From positions 84,676 through 148,675 of the forward strand of contig PBHC01000012.1 of assembly GCA_002719295.1 (NCBI GenBank): a DNA stretch of 64,000 nt, given 5' to 3'. Of this stretch, positions 56,310 to 64,000 are shown one piece after another. Each line of letters begins with the position of its first letter. Position 1 is the stretch's first letter. The DNA comes from Chloroflexota bacterium (lineage in GTDB: Bacteria; Chloroflexota; Dehalococcoidia; Lucifugimonadales; Lucifugimonadaceae). The translations under genes were made by a program, and so were the position numbers. Under the pieces are notes generated by a model, which was given only the letters and a program-made list of their open reading frames with translations, was not told the DNA's origin and did no database searches.

Positions 56310-58472
56310 TTACTTTTTCCTTTTAACATTATAGACTCCAGCAATACTTTCCATTTTTCCAAGAAGTCTAATAATTTGCCCTAAGTCTCTAGTATAAACT
56401 GTTAATTGAATTTTGCATGTACCATTTTTATCGTCTTCTTGAGAATTTATTGAATGTAAATTTGTTTTTTCTCCCCAGACAACGTCTGTAATGTCTCTTA
56501 TTAGTCCAATTCTGTCATAAGCATCAATTTGTACTATTGTAGGATTAAGGTTTTTCAAATGACCCCATGCAGCGGGTTTAAATCTCTCGGTATTTTCAAA
56601 TGTTCTTAATCTTGAACAAATTATTCTGTGGATAATTATGTCATTTGTAGTATTTTTGTATCCTACTATTTCATCACCATAGACAGGTTCACAGCAGTTT
56701 GCTAATTTCTTTTCAGAATCTTTTTCACCCATAATTATTACTGATGAAACTGAATCAAAATTTTGTTGATTATTTTCTTTGTTTGTAAGTTCCTCATTGC
56801 TTTGCATTTTTCGGACAGTTTCTTCTAATTGCCTCTCATTAATTAAATCAATAATTTTATGGTTTCCGATTTCTCCAGTTCCTACTTTATATGCAAAGTT
56901 TTCATATGAGTCATTTTGAGAAAGATATGGTAAAAATTGATCTGGATCATCTATGTTAGAAAGTCTTATTGTTCTTAAAATTTGTCTTTCTCCTCGCTCA
57001 ATATTTTCTTCTCTCTCTCTCTTTTTGAACCATTCTCTAACTTTATTTTTTGCATTTGCGGTTTTTATGTATCCTAAACTATCATTCAACCAGTCTAAGT
57101 TTGGGCCTTTATCACTTTCTGATTTTTGTATTTGAACAGTATCTCCATTATTAAGAGTTGTATTTAATGGTTTTAAAACTCCATTTATAAATGATGCCTG
57201 ACAAGCATGACCTAGCTCAGTATGTAAACTATAAGCATAATCTAATGGCGTTGACCCAATTGGTAAAGTGAAAATTTGGTTTTTTGGTGAATAAACAATT
57301 ACTTTGTCGGAAAGTATATCGTTACTTACAGAATCTAAATAATCACTATCTTCAAGAACCTCTTTTTCAAAATCTATCATATCTTTAAGCCAATAAGTAT
57401 CTTTTTCATTTTCAAGAATTTTTTCTTGCTCAATTGAATCTTTATATTTCCAATGAGAAGCAACTCCTTCTTCAGCAAATTTATGCATTTTTTCTGATCG
57501 GATTTGGAATTCAATTTTTTGATTATTTTCATTCATAACAACAGTATGAAGTGACTGATAATAATTTTCTTTAGGAGAAGCTATATAATCATCAAATGAA
57601 CCTGGAATTGGTCTCCATAAGTCATGAATTTTACCTAGGGCAACGTAGCATTCTTCTTTTGACTTAACCACAATTCTAATTGCTATTAAATCTTCTATAT
57701 CAGAGAAATTTCGTCCCATTTGTTTATATCTTTGCAGTTTGTTATAAACTGAAAATAAACTTTTAGGCCTGCCTGTAACTAATGCATTTAGATTATTTTT
57801 TTCTAAAAAAGACTCTATTTCTGAAATCATATTCTTAGTCGCTGCTTCACGCTCACTTCTTTTTTGGCTGATTAGCCTTTTTGTCATCTTAAACTTATCA
57901 GGCATTAAGTGTTTGAAACTCTCGTCTTCTAGTCTCCACTTAAGATCATTCATGCCTATTTTTTGAGCTAATGGAGCATGAATAGTCAAAGTTTCTTGAG
58001 CGATTTTTTTTCTTTTTTCTGGATCTAAATACCTTAAAGTTTCCACATTATGAAGTCTATCTGCTAATTTTATTATCATTACTCTTACATCTTTAGCTAC
58101 TGAAACTAAAAATCTTCTCATATTTTTTTGATCAATATTTTCTATAAGGTTATTTTCATCTGCCGTAAGTTTTGTTAGAGATGAAACTATATTTGAAACT
58201 TCATTCCCAAAATTATTTTCAATGTCAGTAGAATTGAATGTAGTATCCTCAATGACATCATGAAGTAAGCCTGCAATAATTACAGTTGGATCTAATTCCA
58301 ACCGTGCAAGATGAGTTGCTACTTCAACTGGATGAATAATAAAATCATGTCCTGATTTCCTTTTTTGTCCTTCATGGGCTTTTTCTGCAAAATCAAAAGC
58401 TTGAATTATTTTATCTATTTCATCTTTTGGGAGATAAGATTCCAGTTTGTTTATAAAATTATCTGTAAGCAT
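56310..58472 (-). CDS. rel: Bifunctional (p)ppGpp synthetase/hydrolase (Rel/SpoT homolog)
   Basis: 720 aa. HD hydrolase domain (HPVEVA, LLHDVIEDT), synthetase domain (YQSLHT), TGS domain and a C-terminal ACT-like domain. Confidence 0.95.
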   Translation of the reverse strand: MLTDNFINKLESYLPKDEIDKIIQAFDFAEKAHEGQKRKSGHDFIIHPVEVATHLARLELDPTVIIAGLLHDVIEDTTFNSTDIENNFGNEVSNIVSSLTKLTADENNLIENIDQKNMRRFLVSVAKDVRVMIIKLADRLHNVETLRYLDPEKRKKIAQETLTIHAPLAQKIGMNDLKWRLEDESFKHLMPDKFKMTKRLISQKRSEREAATKNMISEIESFLEKNNLNALVTGRPKSLFSVYNKLQRYKQMGRNFSDIEDLIAIRIVVKSKEECYVALGKIHDLWRPIPGSFDDYIASPKENYYQSLHTVVMNENNQKIEFQIRSEKMHKFAEEGVASHWKYKDSIEQEKILENEKDTYWLKDMIDFEKEVLEDSDYLDSVSNDILSDKVIVYSPKNQIFTLPIGSTPLDYAYSLHTELGHACQASFINGVLKPLNTTLNNGDTVQIQKSESDKGPNLDWLNDSLGYIKTANAKNKVREWFKKREREENIERGERQILRTIRLSNIDDPDQFLPYLSQNDSYENFAYKVGTGEIGNHKIIDLINERQLEETVRKMQSNEELTNKENNQQNFDSVSSVIIMGEKDSEKKLANCCEPVYGDEIVGYKNTTNDIIIHRIICSRLRTFENTERFKPAAWGHLKNLNPTIVQIDAYDRIGLIRDITDVVWGEKTNLHSINSQEDDKNGTCKIQLTVYTRDLGQIIRLLGKMESIAGVYNVKRKK

Positions 58473-59453
58473 TTATAATATTTTTATTATTTCGTCCTGA
58501 TCAAATCTTTTTAGTTTTAAAGATTTACCTTTATTAATAATGATATTACCTTTTTCTTTTTTTGTCGTTTTTCCAATTATTGATGAAGGAATATTATTAT
58601 TATTAAGCTCTTTAATTATGTTTTTAGAATTATTTGAATTACTGATAATAATAAGACAACCTGAACTAATAACTCCTAAAGGATTTATTTTTAATGATTT
58701 GCAAGCTTTTTCAAAATTTTCTACGAATTTAATTTTTTCAAATTCTATTTCACACCCAACTTCTCCATATTCAGTTATCTCATTTATTGCAGTTGAAATC
58801 CCTCCCTCTGTAGGGTCATGCATTTTTATAACTCCTCCAGACCTAATTGCACATTCGGAAATCTTTTTTACAGATATTGATAAGTCTTTACAGTGAGATT
58901 CTAATCTTTTTATTTCTTCCTTATCATTGCTTATATTGGAACAAATTATTTTACTTCCTTCAATTCCTACTAATCCTCCTATAATAATATCTTGATCTGG
59001 TTTGATTTTTTCGTTTTCATTAAAACCTTTGTTGTAAATACCAATAATAGTTCCTGAAACAATTATTTTATTTACTGAAGAAGTAACTTCAGTGTGACCT
59101 CCAACTATATCTATATGATTCAAATTAGCTTTGTGCGAGAGACCTAAAAGATTATTTCTTAATACTTCAAAAGATGTATTAAGAGGAACTAAACAAGTAA
59201 CTAAAAGCCATTTAGGAATTCCTCCTGAAGCATATATATCATTAGAACAAATATCTACTAAATAACTTCCAATATTTTCTGTATCAAAAGTTATGGGATC
59301 TGAAGAAACTAATATTTTTTTATTATCAGAAATATTTATTTCTGTTGAATCTTCCCCAATTTTTGGGGTTTTTGAATTAGAATTATTTATATCGCTAAAT
59401 AGTTTTTTTAGTAAATTATTATTAAGTTTTCCCTCTGGAAGAATATTCATCAT
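58473..59453 (-). CDS. AIR-synthase-related protein (PurM/ThiL/HypE superfamily)
   Basis: LPEGKL...IGEDSTEI...LVSSDPITF...NDIYASGGIPKWLL...VGGHTEV follows the PurM-like N-domain pattern. Its stop abuts the rel ATG (TAAATG). Confidence 0.65.
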   Translation of the reverse strand: MMNILPEGKLNNNLLKKLFSDINNSNSKTPKIGEDSTEINISDNKKILVSSDPITFDTENIGSYLVDICSNDIYASGGIPKWLLVTCLVPLNTSFEVLRNNLLGLSHKANLNHIDIVGGHTEVTSSVNKIIVSGTIIGIYNKGFNENEKIKPDQDIIIGGLVGIEGSKIICSNISNDKEEIKRLESHCKDLSISVKKISECAIRSGGVIKMHDPTEGGISTAINEITEYGEVGCEIEFEKIKFVENFEKACKSLKINPLGVISSGCLIIISNSNNSKNIIKELNNNNIPSSIIGKTTKKEKGNIIINKGKSLKLKRFDQDEIIKIL

Positions 59454-60289
59454 TTAGGCATCCCTGGGAACTCTATTGTAGAAAGTATTTCTTCGACAAT
59501 ACTCAATATTGTGTTTCCTGAAGTTATACTTTCATCAACGTAAACATAATATGGGTTTTTATTACAATACAATAACATTTCAATAGATGAATCCTCTTTT
59601 TCAAATATAAGTTTGTAGTTAGCCTCACAAATATCAGATTGAGTAATCGTAATTTTTTTATTTATGGAATTAATAATGCTATTAATCCTTTCTTCGTTTT
59701 CTATAGTAGAAATTAGTTTTTCTTCTTTATTTAATCTGAGTTCAATTCTTTTTGTATTTGATAATTCATACTTTTCAACAAAGTTGAAATTAGCATTTAT
59801 ATTTGATTTTTTTATCTGAGTGCAATTAATATAGTTAGTTCTTAAATCAGTATGATATTCTTCTTTTTCATTGTTTTTTATAACATTTAACTTATATCCA
59901 TCAGTAATTACTTCGGCATAGAACATTCCATTTACTGGGCATCCTAATGCACTTGAATTCCATGTTACTTCTTCAAAAGAATCAAAAGTAAAATTATTGA
60001 TATCTATTTTTTCTTCTGAAATTATTTTTGCCAAAATCATACTAATATAATCTGGTATTTGTTCATCTAATTCAGATGAATTATTTGATTTATTATTTTC
60101 TTTTACTTGTTTTACTCTTTCTTGTATTATTTTTTCGGCTTCTTCTTCTGTTATTCTAGGCTTCTTTTCATTAGATTTTTGAGGAATCAGTTTTTCATCT
60201 TCTTGTTCTACTTTTTCTTTAGACTCATTAGGTTCGCTTATAAAGTGTTGGTTAGTGTCAAGAATTTGAGGATCATCTTTTTTAGGCAC
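59450..60289 (-). CDS. Hypothetical protein with acidic linker and 4-Cys globular domain; probably extends upstream to 60454 with a TM anchor
   Basis: The track ORF starts at a GTG. The frame stays open for 61 more codons (to 60472), encoding ...RYINLISVLIVILFSITIVFLIL..., with no ATG/GTG/TTG but an ATT at 60454 preceded by AAGGGG. ATGA overlap with the downstream gene. Confidence 0.6.
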   Translation of the reverse strand: MPKKDDPQILDTNQHFISEPNESKEKVEQEDEKLIPQKSNEKKPRITEEEAEKIIQERVKQVKENNKSNNSSELDEQIPDYISMILAKIISEEKIDINNFTFDSFEEVTWNSSALGCPVNGMFYAEVITDGYKLNVIKNNEKEEYHTDLRTNYINCTQIKKSNINANFNFVEKYELSNTKRIELRLNKEEKLISTIENEERINSIINSINKKITITQSDICEANYKLIFEKEDSSIEMLLYCNKNPYYVYVDESITSGNTILSIVEEILSTIEFPGMPK

Positions 60290-60513
60290 AGTTTCTTTAC
60301 TTAAATCTTTGTTAGAAAGATTTTTTTCATCATATATATTGGGACTGCTTGTATAAAAATTATTCTCTAATATTAAAAAAACTATTGTTATAGAAAATAA
60401 AATGACAATTAGGACAGAAATTAAGTTTATGTATCTTATAAAAACGTTATAAATGAAATACCCCTTATGAATGAATAGTTATTGTATACTGATTAGGTAG
60501 AAATAATATTAAA

Positions 60514-62133
60514 ATGTCAGCACTTTCATCAAATTCAATTATATACAAGAAATTTAAAAAATTAGATTTGGGACTTACTGTCATCCATTTTTCCTCCTTG
60601 GTTTTAGGTTTTTTCCTAGTTCTTCCTTTGCTATATTTGCTAGCTAAAATAACTTTTGAATTTAATTTATTCTTTGATTTTATATTTAATACTAATATAT
60701 TGAAATTATCTTTTAACACCGTTTCATTGATAGTTCTAGTGGTTGTTTTTTCAGTTTTAATTTCATTACCATTGGCTTTTTTGAATGTGCGTAGTAATCT
60801 TCCTTTTGCAAAATACTTAACCTCAATTTCAGTTTTACCAATTGCATTACCTAGCTATGTAATGGCAACAACTCAGATTGAAATTTGGAGTAAGAATGGA
60901 TGGGTTCATAATTTTTTAAAATTATTTTTCGAAATGAAAACATTTCCATCATTTTATGGTTTAATTGGTTCTGTTTTTGTATTGTCCCTAATTACTTACC
61001 CATATGTATATATTGGGCTTGCAGCTATGTTTAGAAGATTTGATTATCAGATGATTGATGCTTCTAAAACATTAGGAGATAATTCTTTTCAAACATTTAC
61101 TAAAATTATTTTTCCTTTAGTTAGTCCTACAATTGTTGGAGGATCTTTGCTTGTTTCTTTGTATGTTTTAAGTGATTTTGGAGCAGTTTCATTATTGAGA
61201 TTTAATACTTTTACAATAGCTATTTTTAACAGAATGTATAACAGTATTAGTAATTACGGAGTTCTAGAAATATCTCTTCTTGCAATTTTATTTTGTTTTG
61301 TAATTTTATTTATAGAATCAAGAACCAAAAATGAATCAAGGCATTTTTCAAACTCAAATTTATCTGATTACAAAAAATCAGATTTAGGATTATGGAAATG
61401 GGTTCTACTCCCAATATCTTTGATTCCATTGATTTTTGGATTTATCCTTCCTATTTCTGTTCTTATTTATTGGCTTATAATTGGGATAGGGGAAGATACT
61501 GGTTTTTCTGATGTCATTCAACCTACTATAAATACATTAATGATCTCTTCAGTATCAGCAATATTTATTACACTGGTTTGCATTCCTTTGTTGATCACTA
61601 TTAAGAAAAATATAAGAGTACTTTCTTTTATAATAGATAAAGTATCTTATATTGGCCTGTCTCTTCCAGGAGTAATTGTTTCTATGTCTTTAGTCTTCTT
61701 CTGTATAAATTATTTTGATTACATCTATCAAACCTTTATTGTTTTGGTTTTAGGATATTTTATTTCTTTTTTACCTGCTGCATTAGGTCCAATCAAAGCT
61801 AGTATGACTCAAATAGATCCCAAGCTAGAAGATGCATCATTAACTCTTGGTGCAAGTAGAATTAAAACTTATATTAATGTGGTTGTAAAATTATCAAGCC
61901 CAGGATTTATTTATGGAGGTGTTTTAGTATTTATTCTTTGTCTAAAAGAACTACCTGCAACATTAATATTAAGCCCCATAGGTTTCCAAACTTTAGCAAC
62001 TGAAATTTGGAGTAATGCAAGTGAGGCCTTTTTTATAAAAACGGCTTTGGCGTCTATCGTTTTAGTTATAATAGCTGGAGTCCCGTCTTATATTTTTATG
62101 TCTAATGATTTATCAAAAAGGCTAGGGAATTAA
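60514..62133 (+). CDS. ABC importer permease, fused double-domain FbpB/ThiP type
   Basis: 539 aa, about 12 TM helices. Two binding-protein-dependent permease EAA-like loops (DASKTLGDNSFQTFTKIIFPL, EDASLTLGASRIKTYINVV). Confidence 0.85.
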   Translation: MSALSSNSIIYKKFKKLDLGLTVIHFSSLVLGFFLVLPLLYLLAKITFEFNLFFDFIFNTNILKLSFNTVSLIVLVVVFSVLISLPLAFLNVRSNLPFAKYLTSISVLPIALPSYVMATTQIEIWSKNGWVHNFLKLFFEMKTFPSFYGLIGSVFVLSLITYPYVYIGLAAMFRRFDYQMIDASKTLGDNSFQTFTKIIFPLVSPTIVGGSLLVSLYVLSDFGAVSLLRFNTFTIAIFNRMYNSISNYGVLEISLLAILFCFVILFIESRTKNESRHFSNSNLSDYKKSDLGLWKWVLLPISLIPLIFGFILPISVLIYWLIIGIGEDTGFSDVIQPTINTLMISSVSAIFITLVCIPLLITIKKNIRVLSFIIDKVSYIGLSLPGVIVSMSLVFFCINYFDYIYQTFIVLVLGYFISFLPAALGPIKASMTQIDPKLEDASLTLGASRIKTYINVVVKLSSPGFIYGGVLVFILCLKELPATLILSPIGFQTLATEIWSNASEAFFIKTALASIVLVIIAGVPSYIFMSNDLSKRLGN

Positions 62134-63188
62134 TGACTAATCAAGAAAATACAGGAATTATACCTAAGCTAGAAATTGCAGATATGCATTTTTCATATAC
62201 TTCAGAGCATGAAGTTTTATCAAATTTATCTTTAAAAGTGCAGGATAGAGAATTTGTCAGTGTAATTGGAGACAGTGGTGCAGGAAAAACGACTTTGTTT
62301 AGAGCTATTAATGGCTTGGAAAAAGTTAATGAGGGTTATATAAGATTAGATGGTTACCTTCAATCTGCAGCTTTTTTTCATATACCAGCTGAAAAAAGAT
62401 CTATAGGAACTATTTTTCAAGATTATGCACTTTTCCCTCATTTAAATGTCGAAAAAAATATTAAATATGCTCTAAAAAGTTCTAATTTTGATAAAAATTT
62501 TTATGAAAACATTTTGGCGTTATTACGAGTAGAAGAATTACTAGATAGATTTGTGGATGAATTATCTGGGGGACAAAAACAAAGAATTGCGTTAGCTAGA
62601 TCTTTAGTTAGAAAACCAAAATTATTGTTAATGGATGAACCTTTTTCAAATTTAGATAGAAATCTAAGAGTACAAATTAGAAGAGAACTTAAACAAATTT
62701 TTAAAGATATAGGCACAACAGTTTTACTTATAACTCATGATTCTGAAGAAGCTTTGAGTCTATCTGATAAAGTTGGATTCCTATATGCAGGAGAAATCAT
62801 ACAATTTTCTACTCCAGAAAAAATTTATGACAGACCTGATCATAGTATTATTGCAAAATCTATATCTAATTCAAATGTTATTTTTGGAGATGTTTATAAA
62901 AATAAAGTTTCAACTTTTATAGGCAATTTTATTTTGGATGAAAATTTCAATGAACAAAGTAAAATTTACATCAATGTAAAACCAGATCAATTGTCAATAA
63001 ATCTTAACCAGAAAAATTTTGTCATAAAAGATAAAGAGTTTTTAGAAGGAAGCCAGCTTTTTGTTCTTAATGAAATTGACACAGGAATGGAGCTAAACGT
63101 TAAGATGCCTAATAGTAGTGATTATCAAATAGGTCAAAACGTTGGTATAGAAATTATAAAAAAAGAAGTAAATAAATTATTGGAATAG
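62133..63188 (+). CDS. ABC importer ATP-binding protein (FbpC/PotA-like, with C-terminal regulatory/TOBE-like extension)
   Basis: Walker A GDSGAGKTT, signature LSGGQKQRIALARSL, Walker B LLMDEPFSNLD, H-loop ITHD. Confidence 0.9.
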   Translation: MTNQENTGIIPKLEIADMHFSYTSEHEVLSNLSLKVQDREFVSVIGDSGAGKTTLFRAINGLEKVNEGYIRLDGYLQSAAFFHIPAEKRSIGTIFQDYALFPHLNVEKNIKYALKSSNFDKNFYENILALLRVEELLDRFVDELSGGQKQRIALARSLVRKPKLLLMDEPFSNLDRNLRVQIRRELKQIFKDIGTTVLLITHDSEEALSLSDKVGFLYAGEIIQFSTPEKIYDRPDHSIIAKSISNSNVIFGDVYKNKVSTFIGNFILDENFNEQSKIYINVKPDQLSINLNQKNFVIKDKEFLEGSQLFVLNEIDTGMELNVKMPNSSDYQIGQNVGIEIIKKEVNKLLE

Positions 63189-63196
63189 CGAATATA

Positions 63197-64000
63197 TTAA
63201 TATTTCTTGATTACAACGCAGGCATTTTGACCACCAAATCCAAAGCTATTGGATAAAGCTATATCAACGTTCTTTTTTATTTTCTTGTTTGGAACATAAT
63301 TTAAGTCACATTCAGGATCAGGGTTTTCTAAGTTTATTGTTGGGTGTATTTCACCATGAATAGTAGATTGAATACAAGCTATGATTTCTAATGCTCCAGA
63401 AGCCCCTAAAGAGTGTCCGACCATAGATTTAGTTGAAGAAATAGGAATATTATATGCCTCATCTCCAAATAAATTCTTAATAGCTAGTGTTTCAATTCGA
63501 TCATTTGTTGGAGTCGAAGTCCCGTGAGCATTTATATAATCTATTTCACTTTTTTCTAATCCAGCATCCTCAATAGCGAGTTTCATAGCTTTAGTTGCTC
63601 CTAATCCTTCTTTATGGGGCTGGACCAAATGAAAAGCATCAGAAGTGACTCCAAATCCTGCAATTTCAGCAATTGGTTTAGCTCCTCTATTAAGAGCATG
63701 CTCTTCTGATTCTAAAATTAGTATTCCAGCGCCCTCAGAAGGAGCAAATCCATCTCTGTTCGCATCAAATGGCCTGCTAGCCTTAGAAGGATCACCATCC
63801 CATGTTGATAAAGCATGCATTGTACTAAATCCTCCCATTCCTATTTCACAAATACCTGACTCAGCTCCACCAGTAATTACTATATCTGCTTTATTATTTT
63901 TTATTATTTCTGCAGCTTCACCTATAGCTTGAGTAGAGGCTGCGCAAGCTGTTATACAAGTATTGTTATATCCTGTAGCTTGATAAATCCTTGAAATGTT
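63197..64000 (-). CDS. fabF: Beta-ketoacyl-ACP synthase II, C-terminal ~268 codons (5' end beyond window)
   Basis: The frame is open to the window edge. My own translation upstream of the track ORF gives ...TGYNNTCITACAASTQAIGEAAEII... (active-site Cys), then HGTSTP and GHSLGASG His motifs and C-terminal NSFGFGGQNA. Confidence 0.9.
   Translation of the reverse strand, partial: NISRIYQATGYNNTCITACAASTQAIGEAAEIIKNNKADIVITGGAESGICEIGMGGFSTMHALSTWDGDPSKASRPFDANRDGFAPSEGAGILILESEEHALNRGAKPIAEIAGFGVTSDAFHLVQPHKEGLGATKAMKLAIEDAGLEKSEIDYINAHGTSTPTNDRIETLAIKNLFGDEAYNIPISSTKSMVGHSLGASGALEIIACIQSTIHGEIHPTINLENPDPECDLNYVPNKKIKKNVDIALSNSFGFGGQNACVVIKKY

Noticed and set aside
59450-60454. The TM-anchored 335-aa protein as the missing substrate-binding protein of the divergent ABC importer
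   Set aside because: It shows no resemblance to FbpA/ThiB-type binding proteins as I recall them. It has a long acidic low-complexity linker and is translationally coupled to the rel gene chain on the opposite strand.
9281-60490. Recurrence of the octamer TTGTATAC (9281 and about 60481) as a REP-like dispersed repeat
   Set aside because: For this base composition my rough estimate is that several chance occurrences are expected in 64 kb on both strands. No extended similarity surrounds the two copies.
60465-60719. Minus-strand 84-aa ORF overlapping the start of the ABC permease gene
   Set aside because: It is antisense to a well-supported permease N-terminus and out of frame with the extended 59450-60454 ORF. 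Its composition is typical of a shadow ORF.
597-63932. Antisense ORFs of 60-136 aa in the six-frame track (e.g. 597-821, 1164-1436, 2622-2924, 13841-14251, 16380-16712, 28741-29019, 39743-40054, 54987-55367, 58540-58896, 63645-63932)
   Set aside because: Each lies entirely inside, and opposite to, a gene with strong family motifs. Their products are low-complexity Ser/Ile/Leu/Phe-rich, as expected for shadow frames of AT-rich coding DNA.
1-64000. CRISPR arrays, IS elements, integrases, prophage genes, toxin-antitoxin pairs or known defence systems
   Set aside because: I saw no spaced direct-repeat array, transposase or recombinase motifs, or phage structural genes in any frame. Intergenic regions are almost all under 130 nt.

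Overview
AT-rich (about 30% G+C by eye, not computed), very gene-dense bacterial chromosome segment. It holds about 65 protein genes and one tRNA. Many junctions are start/stop overlaps or 0-5 nt gaps, and convergent genes abut with almost no terminator space, as in a streamlined marine-type genome. Most genes are housekeeping: rny-ymdB-PHP, plsY-like, pepP, orn, dnaE, fabI, partial fabF, argC, nth, a polyprenyl synthase, metG, rsmI, lipA, a RumA-type methyltransferase, maf, tatB/tatC/tatA, lexA, rpsT, rel, tldD/pmbA and a DEAD-box helicase. Interleaved are paralogous catabolic genes: three enolase-superfamily dehydratases, three OFA-like MFS transporters, three Zn-alcohol dehydrogenases, a uronate-dehydrogenase-like SDR, an HpcH aldolase, an MlrC/M81 peptidase and a family III CoA-transferase. 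RNase Y/YmdB, an actinobacterial rhomboid-type Zn-ribbon, a YknXYZ/MacAB-like pump with no outer-membrane factor and an MMPL exporter suggest a monoderm-like lineage, possibly marine Chloroflexota (SAR202-like) or Actinomycetota; this is inference only. I saw no CRISPR array, IS element, integrase, prophage or recognisable defence system. The most unusual items are: (1) a tightly coupled 7.9-kb operon MMPL - tandem-HTH MerR - FDH-N-like formyltransferase - TldD - PmbA - acidic HEAT protein; (2) a minus-strand gene chain linking rel and lexA, in which a 133-codon ORF continues the rpsT frame after a single TAA; (3) an ORF whose membrane anchor seems to need an ATT start; (4) an oversized efflux adaptor with an 18-nt tandem repeat encoding Met/Pro/Gly motifs. 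None of these is demonstrably a new system from sequence alone.
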